A DNA stretch of 56,042 nt from a virus (taxonomy: Duplodnaviria > Caudoviricetes), in the IMG/VR virus record IMGVR_UViG_3300021961_000122, positions 1 through 56,042 of that record; one strand, 5' to 3'. The notes under the pieces were generated by a model. It did not search any database. It was not told the origin of the DNA and saw nothing but the letters and a program-made list of their open reading frames with translations. Below, one piece after another: positions 48,654-56,042 of the stretch. Made by a program: the position numbers and the translations under genes. The number at the start of each line of letters is the position of its first letter. The first letter of the stretch is position 1.

Positions 48654-48866
48654 TTGAACTCTGATCAAATTTCCAAGTGGGTTGATCAGATGGAAAAAGA
48701 AGTTAAAGAAATCAAGCAAGAGGCGCTCAAAATGGTTTGGTATATGCGGGGCGGATTATCATACGAAGCAGCACTTAATCTCAGTCCCGATGAGCGTGCG
48801 TCAATATCAAAAATTATCAAAGATAACTTAGAAACCACAAAAAAGAGCGGCCTTCCTTTCTTTTAA
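48654..48866 (+). CDS. gp51-like baseplate/tail assembly chaperone C-terminal part (probably reached by frameshift)
   Basis: W.MRG..SY..A..LS..ER..I pattern. Only a TTG start without SD (an alternative ATG exists at 48690). Confidence 0.6.
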   Translation: MNSDQISKWVDQMEKEVKEIKQEALKMVWYMRGGLSYEAALNLSPDERASISKIIKDNLETTKKSGLPFF

Positions 48867-48868
48867 AA

Positions 48869-49372
48869 ATGTTAGATTTAGAAACAGTAAAACAAGACAT
48901 ACTGGCTTGGTCTGAAAACTTTGTGGAAGTTCCACACCCAGCACTAGGAGGCTGGCCACCTTGTCCTTTTGCACGCCGCGCACGTTTGTCGGGCACAGTT
49001 CAAGTGGTAGTAGGCAGTGATCCTTACTACGATTTAAAAAGTCGAGCACGGCATGGTATGGGCGCATATGAAGTTATTGTTTATGCGTATGATCCTGTGG
49101 AGCACCCTTATGAGCGTTTTCATCGTGCGTTAGAAGATGCTAACACTGAATTTTTATTGCCAAATGATTTATTGGCGCTTGAAGATCACCCCACAGACGT
49201 AGAGTTAGTCAATGGTGTTTGCATGAACCAAGGTAAGTATGCACTGGCATTGGTACAACGTTTAAGCAAGTTAAATGACAGTGCAGCACAAATGGCTGCC
49301 AAAGGCTTTTATCATACCTGGCCCGAAGAATACTTAAAAACGCTGTTTCACAATCGGAAGGATCCGAGATGA
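48869..49372 (+). CDS. DUF1415-like protein
   Basis: W...FVE.......PPCPFAR, EDHP and L.QRL..L motifs. Confidence 0.45.
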   Translation: MLDLETVKQDILAWSENFVEVPHPALGGWPPCPFARRARLSGTVQVVVGSDPYYDLKSRARHGMGAYEVIVYAYDPVEHPYERFHRALEDANTEFLLPNDLLALEDHPTDVELVNGVCMNQGKYALALVQRLSKLNDSAAQMAAKGFYHTWPEEYLKTLFHNRKDPR

Positions 49373-49800
49373 CTTACCAATTTGCTCGCATTGATCTTGC
49401 TAGAACCACTTATGAAGAGAGTTGTGATTGGTATTACATCACCAAGCCTGACATTGATCAACTGAATGAAATTTACAAAAGATACTGCATCTACAAGCAT
49501 TTTGCCAGTGTTATGCCTATCTTTGAATATCGTTATCGTGCGCCAATGACTGATGTAATTGGTTATCGGCATGGGGGAGAGTTAGTGGCGTTTAGTTTAA
49601 TTGAACGCTATGACAACAAGAACGCATTGTGCGCTCAGTTTGCTTGGGATTATCGAACACCAAGATTACGGCTTGGTATCGAAAGTTTGCAAACTGAGTG
49701 TGCAATTTATCGCAAGCGGGGCTTTGACTACTTGTACTTAGATCAGGCACACTTGTACAAACAAAGCATGCAAGGCTTTGAAATATTAGGACCACTATAA
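49369..49800 (+). CDS. Aminoacyl-tRNA-protein transferase (ATE1/Bpt C-terminal-like) GNAT protein
   Basis: G.LVAFS........A....WDY....LRLG..SL..E......G..YLYL.....YK matches the ATE_C pattern. Confidence 0.6.
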   Translation: MTYQFARIDLARTTYEESCDWYYITKPDIDQLNEIYKRYCIYKHFASVMPIFEYRYRAPMTDVIGYRHGGELVAFSLIERYDNKNALCAQFAWDYRTPRLRLGIESLQTECAIYRKRGFDYLYLDQAHLYKQSMQGFEILGPL

Positions 49801-49801
49801 C

Positions 49802-50938
49802 ATGTATTCAGTTTATCAACATTGGGACCCTTTAAAAGTATGCGTAGTAGGACGCAGTTATCCTCCTGAGTTTTATTCTTGGATTGCCGTACCACACGTA
49901 AGAGAGTTATTTGAACGTATTGCTATTGAAACAGAAGAAGACTATCAAAATATTATTAAAAAACTAGAAGAATTTGGTGTAGAAGTATTAAGACCAGACT
50001 TGCCTGAAGAAACATTTTTAGATGGTAGATTTGTACAACCACCAATGACTCCTAGAGATTATACAATTATGATTGGAGAGAATTTTTTTAGCAACTATTT
50101 GATTCGTGACTTTGGACATTTTTACTGGAATTTTAAGCAAGAAGATTGGCCATGGTGTAATTCAGAAGAGGACTTATACATTTTACCTAAAGATATTCAA
50201 GTTAGTTGTCAAGAAGCATATAAACTGTATGATTTATATACTAAGTCTGTTAATTGTTACGATAAAATATTGCAGCATATTAAGGACCAAGGTAACAAAT
50301 TATTTACAGAAAATAGTTTTAGTCAGACTAACGGTGCAATGGTAACAAGAATAGGTAAAGATTTGTATTTTGGTACAAACAGAAACATTCAAGATATAAC
50401 TGAATATAAAAAATTAATCAACAACAAGTTTACTACCACTCGAAATCACATTGTTAATACCAATGGTCACAGTGACGGAACATACTGCCCAGTTTGTCCT
50501 GGATTGATTATAAGTTTAAATGACGTACCAACATACCAAGATACTTTCCCAGGTTGGGAAGTGGTATACTTACCTGGACAAAGTTGGGATGCTGTAAAAC
50601 CATTTTTGAATCTTAAAATGAAAAATGCTGGTAAGTGGTGGATACCAGGATTTGAACACGATCAATCAGTAATCGACTTAGTCGAAACATGGTTGGGTCA
50701 TTGGACTGGCTACGTTGAAGAAACTGTATTTGATGTTAACATGCTAATCATTGACCCTAAAAATGTTATAGTATTCAATTACAACAAACAGGTATTTGAT
50801 GCATTAGAACGTTATGGCATTACCCCACACATTGTACCATTTCGACATAGATATTTTTGGGATGGTGGTATACATTGCATAACAAGCGATCTAGATAGAG
50901 AAGGTACAATGCAAGATTATTTTCCAGAAAGAGGTTAA
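49802..50938 (+). CDS. Amidinotransferase (glycine/inosamine-phosphate amidinotransferase family)
   Basis: WDPLK..VVG, PRD, GHSDG, VNML, GGIHCIT.D..R; the catalytic Asp/His/Cys-type motifs are present. Confidence 0.85.
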   Translation: MYSVYQHWDPLKVCVVGRSYPPEFYSWIAVPHVRELFERIAIETEEDYQNIIKKLEEFGVEVLRPDLPEETFLDGRFVQPPMTPRDYTIMIGENFFSNYLIRDFGHFYWNFKQEDWPWCNSEEDLYILPKDIQVSCQEAYKLYDLYTKSVNCYDKILQHIKDQGNKLFTENSFSQTNGAMVTRIGKDLYFGTNRNIQDITEYKKLINNKFTTTRNHIVNTNGHSDGTYCPVCPGLIISLNDVPTYQDTFPGWEVVYLPGQSWDAVKPFLNLKMKNAGKWWIPGFEHDQSVIDLVETWLGHWTGYVEETVFDVNMLIIDPKNVIVFNYNKQVFDALERYGITPHIVPFRHRYFWDGGIHCITSDLDREGTMQDYFPERG

Positions 50939-50939
50939 C

Positions 50940-51275
50940 ATGGCAGACTTATATACAATTTGGGCAAACAAAGAAGGCAATATTACTGACTTAGAATGGG
51001 TCAACGGAATGAAAAGTTTCTTTGATCATTTAATCTCCGAAGGCAAAATGGAAAGTTATCGCATCACTCGTTGTAAAATGGGATTCCGATCAATTGCTGA
51101 CATGCCGGAATTTATGATTTTGATGGAGTTCAAAAACATGGGTCAAATGGATGAAGCATTCCGCCGTGTTGCTCCACTTGAAGGCGAACTTGAAGTTAAG
51201 CACAAATCATTCAATCAGTTTGTTGCCGGAGACATTCAGCACGCACTTTTTAGGGACTGGCCCGACCAGTTATGA
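50940..51275 (+). CDS. Dimeric alpha/beta-barrel-like protein (DUF6614-like)
   Basis: YRITR.K.GF......EF.I..EF....Q.D.AF, ALFRDWPD. Confidence 0.45.
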   Translation: MADLYTIWANKEGNITDLEWVNGMKSFFDHLISEGKMESYRITRCKMGFRSIADMPEFMILMEFKNMGQMDEAFRRVAPLEGELEVKHKSFNQFVAGDIQHALFRDWPDQL

Positions 51276-51820
51276 ACGATATTATACTATTGGCGCTGGC
51301 TGAAGAAGCGCCTGGTTTGTCTCAGTATGGTAATGTATTTTTTACGGGTGTAGGCAAAGTAAATGCCGCAATGACTACAGCAGAGTTAATCGAACGCCAC
51401 AAACCTAAACGAGTTATTAATTTTGGTACAGCAGGTGGTATTACTGTGGGCACCGGCTTACACTTAGTATCACGCTATGTTCAACGTGATATGGTCTGTT
51501 GCGAATTGGGCAGCAAACCCGGTCAAACACCCTTTGAAGATTTAGGTGTAGTGTTAGACTTAGGCGGAGATGGATTAACTTGTAGTACAGGTGACAACTT
51601 TGTTACTAATCCAGAGTTAGAAATACCCGCTGACATAGTAGATATGGAAGCATACGCAATCGCAAAGACATGCTATCGAAAAGGCGTTGAATTTGTTTGT
51701 TATAAATTTGTAAGCGATAGTGCTAATGAACATTCATATCGTGATTGGCGTGAAATGGTATCAGCGGGAGAATCACTGTACATCGAAAAACTAAAAGAGT
51801 ATGATATAATCATACTTTAA
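51272..51820 (+). CDS. mtnN: MTA/SAH nucleosidase (PNP_UDP_1 family)
   Basis: GVGKVNAA, INFGTAGG, TGD.FV, VDME..AIA, K.VSD.A. Confidence 0.85.
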   Translation: MNDIILLALAEEAPGLSQYGNVFFTGVGKVNAAMTTAELIERHKPKRVINFGTAGGITVGTGLHLVSRYVQRDMVCCELGSKPGQTPFEDLGVVLDLGGDGLTCSTGDNFVTNPELEIPADIVDMEAYAIAKTCYRKGVEFVCYKFVSDSANEHSYRDWREMVSAGESLYIEKLKEYDIIIL

Positions 51821-52213
51821 GATCTCTGCGAGATCTATTGATTTCGCTGCGCTCATCAATTTTTGTTTTCTTAGTATTATCTAGATTACGCAGTCATAAT
51901 TCACCGTAAGCACGGTGAATTGGTTCTACAGCATTATCTGAGTGTAGCAGCCTTTATTATCAAGAGATTGTAGATTCTACGCAGAGGCGGTTGACCGGTA
52001 CCCCTTACTCTAGCTTCACATATCAACGGAACCCTAGTGACCCCATAATAAATCGAAGTCCTATAAGCATGGGTTGTATCTTTTTCACAGAGCCCAAATC
52101 GTTTGTTGCCTTAAGTTAGCATTGTTCTTTGACACCCAAGCATCCGGACCGGGTATTCCACCGTTCCTCAAAGGGGTTGAGCCATGTCACTCAACACAGA
52201 GTCGTAATTGATT
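51821..52213 (-). ncRNA. Candidate large structured ncRNA directly downstream of the GIY-YIG gene
   Basis: ~390 nt with no ORF in an otherwise gene-dense genome; several hairpins and crossing long-range complementarities. Strand inferred from the upstream gene. Confidence 0.55.
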
Positions 52214-52642
52214 TTAAAGTTTGTTTTTAATGTGATTACCGTGTACTTTTACACTGATTATCCCATTGTAATAATCGTCTGATTCTAATACTTTTCTATT
52301 GAACTGTTCACGAGCTTCAATGTATGAACACGCCGCTTTTGAACTGCAATAGTATAGTATTTCTCTGGAGAAATTTTCGGTGCCTAGTTTTAAGATGTCA
52401 GCTGCCAGTTCAAGACTTGAACCATAATACTCACGCCAATCGCTGTCGATTCGAGTGCGTATTCGCTTTTTCTTTTTGATGCCGTTCTTTTGTTTTACTA
52501 CTTTTACTGTGGTTTTTGAGAACTTTGCTAATTTTTTGCCTATGTACTTGCGTCCGGAGAGATTATTAGTGATTAAGTATACAAATCCAACACATTCTTC
52601 GGGTAGTGTCTCAACTGGAGTGTCTTGATAGTACCATGTCAT
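52214..52642 (-). CDS. Compact GIY-YIG nuclease-domain protein
   Basis: GFVYLITN..SGRKYIGKK, W..YYGSS, E...QF, YYN. Has a basic insert and no NUMOD tail. Confidence 0.75.
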   Translation of the reverse strand: MTWYYQDTPVETLPEECVGFVYLITNNLSGRKYIGKKLAKFSKTTVKVVKQKNGIKKKKRIRTRIDSDWREYYGSSLELAADILKLGTENFSREILYYCSSKAACSYIEAREQFNRKVLESDDYYNGIISVKVHGNHIKNKL

Positions 52643-52686
52643 GTGTTGTATTCAATTGTGTGCCTTTTGCTGTGTAGTTATATCAA

Positions 52687-53697
52687 TTACCAGGCGGTGG
52701 CATAATTTTTGTCAACCACTAAACTTTTACATTTAGTTTGACATTCTTGCCACCGAAATGTTTGAAATTCTGTGTTCCAAAACTGATCTGCTAACACGCT
52801 GGTTAAAGATTTATTGTTTAAATTGAAATTTTCTGCTATTTGTTGCCAGTCTGAGTTGTGATTGTATCTGTTTGCTACCCAGCAGCAAGGAAATAGCCTG
52901 CCACGAGCATCAATATACAACCCTTTGTTACCTATTTCGCATAAGGGTGTAATACCATCACGAGATTTAATTGTTTTGTATAATTCAATATTAGTAGGAG
53001 AAATTTTGTCTTCTCCCCCGCGCTTAGTTAAAATGTCTATTTCTCTCTCAAAACGATAGGTACTACTGATAAATCGAATGCTAGGTTCCAGTGGGTCATT
53101 TGCCCCATAGCTAGGATAAACACTGCCAAATTTGGTACTTTTTGTTAGTTGAAAAACGTCTACACCTAATTGACGAGCTTGATTTCTCATATTGTCAATT
53201 TGATTTTCATTAAACTTAAATGCAATTGCTGCCCAAGTAATTTTACAATCTGAATGCTCCCTTACTGTTTTTATTCCTAGCATAATGCTGTCATAGTCGC
53301 TATTAACACGGTATAAATTGTTTGACTCATTATTATATCCGTCAATGCTAAAGTGTATGCTATCATTGGCGTCTAACGATTCGGCTAGTTCTTTCCACCA
53401 AGCCTCCTTTTTATGACTTCCATTAGTAACAATTACAATTTCAACAGGTTTAACACTTTTGATATATTGTATAACTGGAATTAAATCATGGGCATAAATT
53501 GGATCGCCGTCATCACCACAGAAGGTAATTTTTTCCAAATTGGTTAGTATAAATTCTGGTGTAAAATTTCGTTTAAAAAAATCTAAATCTAATTCAGTAT
53601 TAACTAATCCATTAGGTACTTCTTGCCGCGCACATCTAGGGCAAGCAAGAGTACACTTACTTGAAATTTCAATATGAAAATGCCAAGTTGCTAACAT
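52687..53697 (-). CDS. Radical SAM protein with Twitch/SPASM-like C-terminal domain
   Basis: CTLACPRC, CG..GDP, TNG, FSIDG, C...LYIDA.G...PCCW...C...C. Confidence 0.9.
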   Translation of the reverse strand: MLATWHFHIEISSKCTLACPRCARQEVPNGLVNTELDLDFFKRNFTPEFILTNLEKITFCGDDGDPIYAHDLIPVIQYIKSVKPVEIVIVTNGSHKKEAWWKELAESLDANDSIHFSIDGYNNESNNLYRVNSDYDSIMLGIKTVREHSDCKITWAAIAFKFNENQIDNMRNQARQLGVDVFQLTKSTKFGSVYPSYGANDPLEPSIRFISSTYRFEREIDILTKRGGEDKISPTNIELYKTIKSRDGITPLCEIGNKGLYIDARGRLFPCCWVANRYNHNSDWQQIAENFNLNNKSLTSVLADQFWNTEFQTFRWQECQTKCKSLVVDKNYATAW

Positions 53698-54554
53698 AAT
53701 TGACTATTTCTCTGCCATTGATTAGTAAAGCTAGTTTTGTTTTTATTAGTTGAACAAGTAGCTTTGCAAACTGGATTGGGTGTATCTGTTTTCCATGACT
53801 GCTTTATTTCAACGAAATTGTGCTCAAAGTTTGATTGTCTAGATCCTAACCAGCAGCAAGGGCTGACATTCCCTCGAGCATCAATGTACATACTTTTTTC
53901 TTCTAAAATGTAGCACTTAATTTTACCAGATTTAACTGTAGCCGACTGCCACCCAATCGGAAATTCTAGTCGATTGGTAAATCCACGCTTGCTAACCTTA
54001 GCACGAAACCATGTAAATCCCATATCGCGTGCTAGTTGTTCACATGCATCAACTTGATGTTGATTATGTTTGTATACCAACATATCCCAGTGTGCTGACC
54101 CGCCTGCTGATATGTATGCTTCGACATTGGCCATTAGTTTACGCCAATCAGAGTTGACTCGATAAACAGGATTAGTATCTTCTAAACCATCAATGCTGAA
54201 TACTACATAGTCTCGTGGCTGATTAAACATCTTGCCTAATTCGTTCCACCAAAATGTATTTTGTAGTGCTCCATTGGTGTTCATTCCTAATGTTATGTTA
54301 GGATTAACTTGGCGGAAATATCTATAGATGTCTAGCGTATATTTGCCCGCAGCTGGATCACCATAATTGCCGCACATGAACATCTTGTCAAGACCAGCAA
54401 TTGTTTTGTCAGAAAAATGCTTCTGTATTTGACTTAGTCTTAAATGATGTTTTAATTCTTTTTTAAATTCTGGATCAGTTTCTCGAGCACACAACGGACA
54501 AGCTAGTTGACAAACATCAGTTGGCTCTACGTGTAATACTTTTATTTTACGCAT
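53691..54554 (-). CDS. Radical SAM protein with Twitch/SPASM-like C-terminal domain (tandem paralog)
   Basis: Start MRKIKVLHVE at 54554; CQLACPLC, CGNYGDP, TNG, FSIDG, PCCW. Confidence 0.9.
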   Translation of the reverse strand: MRKIKVLHVEPTDVCQLACPLCARETDPEFKKELKHHLRLSQIQKHFSDKTIAGLDKMFMCGNYGDPAAGKYTLDIYRYFRQVNPNITLGMNTNGALQNTFWWNELGKMFNQPRDYVVFSIDGLEDTNPVYRVNSDWRKLMANVEAYISAGGSAHWDMLVYKHNQHQVDACEQLARDMGFTWFRAKVSKRGFTNRLEFPIGWQSATVKSGKIKCYILEEKSMYIDARGNVSPCCWLGSRQSNFEHNFVEIKQSWKTDTPNPVCKATCSTNKNKTSFTNQWQRNSQLC

Positions 54555-56042
54555 GATCAATGTCAGTGTTGTAACTGGTAAAGCCACCTTCTTTGACCAC
54601 ACGAAGAATATTTTCAACACGCCCAGCTAACTCATCACGATGGCTAACCAACCAAATGGATTTGTGCCGTTCACGACTCATGTGCTTGAGTAGAGCCAAA
54701 CTGTTTTCAACGCCTTGTGTGTCTAGCCCCGAATCAATCATTTCATCAACAAACAGGACATTAATTGGTTGATATAAACTTTCATAAACATCACGGAATG
54801 CCCACGACATTGACAGTATCAATCGATTCCGCTCACCACGACTTAAATTGTCAAAATCAAGTTCACGGCCTAGTTCCTCAATGCTAACGGTTAAATCATT
54901 CTGAAACACCACGGTATGGGGCAGTCCAATGCGATCAAGATAGTAAGTTAATCGTGCGTTTAGATAGCTGAGATTTTGCTCAATAATCTTTTTACGAATA
55001 AACGAATCTTTGCTGGTTAGCAGTTTTAACAAAAACTCTTGATGCTCTTGAAGCCGCGTTAACCCATTTAGTGTATCGTAGTTGACTTCTTGTAGTGCCT
55101 GCGACTGCATTTCGTCAATTTGTTCACCATAAGGATCAGCTTCGCCCGATTTTGATTTGATCTGCTGCTCTAGACCAGCAAGCGTGGTTCTATGCGAAAT
55201 AGCATCTTCTTCACGATCATAATACATCTTTGGTGGTTTGCCAATATCCCCAATGGCATCGCTGGCTTCTTGCAGTTTAGTCAGCGTATCGCTGTGCAAA
55301 GCCACTTGATCTGTTGCTTCATCTAACTCTTTTTGTTTAGCAGCTAGTACAGCAGTTTGTTTAGCATCATGAAATGGTTGTCCACAAGTGTGGCAAGTGT
55401 GCGATTCAAGCGTGGCAATTTCCTTGGACAACTTGTCAGCTGATTTTTGCTCGCGTTGTAGATCTAGCTTGGCTCGACTGATTGCAGTGGCTAATTCATT
55501 AAATTCTTTTCTTTGCAAATCCCAGGACGCATGATCTTTGTGTGCTTGAATTTCGGCAGCAATGTCAATTTTTTGTAGCTCGTCTAATCCATTTTGGAGT
55601 TGATCCAGCTCTTCTTTGTGTTTGGTTACCCATAAGGTTTGTCGACGCTTTAAACTTTCAATTTGCTCTTCAATACGTTTGTTGGCCTCTTGTACAGCAC
55701 GAATGCGAAATTCTTCTTGTGTAATGCCATCTTTGGTTTCACGATTAAGTTCTTTGATACGTTCGGCACGCTCACTGAGTAGTGTAATACCCAGTAGTTG
55801 CTCAATTATAGTGCGTTGATCATTGGCCTTTAAACTTAAAAACGGTTCAGTGTAAGTGTTTAGTGCCAGAATGTGTTTGAACATGTCATGACTAAGTCCT
55901 AACACATCCTCAATTGCAGTTTGTGTTTCTCGGCTGTCACCTTGAGCATTGTCAGCAACTTCTTGCTCGTGGTTGTCAACATAAAACTTCAGTATGTTTG
56001 GCTTACGTCCACGTTCAATTCTGTAAGCGGTACTGCCTACAG
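54547..56042 (-). CDS. gp46: SbcC/Rad50-like recombination endonuclease subunit, 5'-truncated by the window edge
   Basis: Frame stays open to the edge (…YRIERGRKPN…); Zn-hook CHTC, signature LSRGE, Walker B LFVDEMID, SH switch. Confidence 0.92.
   Translation of the reverse strand, partial: VGSTAYRIERGRKPNILKFYVDNHEQEVADNAQGDSRETQTAIEDVLGLSHDMFKHILALNTYTEPFLSLKANDQRTIIEQLLGITLLSERAERIKELNRETKDGITQEEFRIRAVQEANKRIEEQIESLKRRQTLWVTKHKEELDQLQNGLDELQKIDIAAEIQAHKDHASWDLQRKEFNELATAISRAKLDLQREQKSADKLSKEIATLESHTCHTCGQPFHDAKQTAVLAAKQKELDEATDQVALHSDTLTKLQEASDAIGDIGKPPKMYYDREEDAISHRTTLAGLEQQIKSKSGEADPYGEQIDEMQSQALQEVNYDTLNGLTRLQEHQEFLLKLLTSKDSFIRKKIIEQNLSYLNARLTYYLDRIGLPHTVVFQNDLTVSIEELGRELDFDNLSRGERNRLILSMSWAFRDVYESLYQPINVLFVDEMIDSGLDTQGVENSLALLKHMSRERHKSIWLVSHRDELAGRVENILRVVKEGGFTSYNTDIDHA

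Noticed and set aside
51821-52213. RNase P RNA, tmRNA or group I intron call for the structured gap
   Set aside because: GAGGAA...GTCCGG recalls RNase P P4, but the canonical GAGGAAAGUCC and ACAGAA...GGCUUA elements are absent. There are no tRNA-like ends and no interrupted gene on either side. Left as an unassigned candidate pending an Rfam search.
1-56042. Stop-codon reassignment, inteins, tRNA genes
   Set aside because: Core genes are intact in code 11 with TAA, TAG and TGA all used as stops. No intein motifs were seen in the portal, MCP or gp46, and no tRNA cloverleaf was recognised by eye.

Overview
This window is a 56-kb segment of a large T4-like myovirus genome, read in the standard genetic code, and is mostly the late (virion) module. 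Head genes: portal gp20, prohead core, protease gp21, scaffold gp22, major capsid gp23 and head-completion nuclease gp4. Neck and tail genes: gp13, gp14, gp15, sheath gp18, tube gp19, a tape-measure-like gene, gp26-like and gp51-like genes, and a 3047-aa repeat-rich fibre. DNA metabolism genes: dNMP kinase, a DEDD exonuclease and a partial gp46. Glycosyltransferase-like and other modification enzymes are interspersed. Most notable observations: (1) a compact GIY-YIG nuclease gene followed directly, on the same strand, by a ~390-nt ORF-free, highly structured and apparently pseudoknotted element, a candidate nuclease plus ncRNA system; (2) an operon with an aminoacyl-tRNA-protein-transferase-like GNAT, an amidinotransferase and an MTA/SAH nucleosidase, next to two radical SAM genes; (3) a T-TTT-TTC slippery site predicted to fuse the gp26-like and gp51-like ORFs by -1 frameshift; (4) several small genes starting MRA(S/R)EF(I/V)TE, resembling the T4 capsid-targeting sequence; (5) a pervasive TAAATA late-promoter motif, often 4-7 nt before the ATG, implying leaderless mRNAs; (6) junction duplications that record serial gene insertion between the exonuclease and dNMP kinase genes. 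All family calls come from motif recognition by eye; no database search was run.
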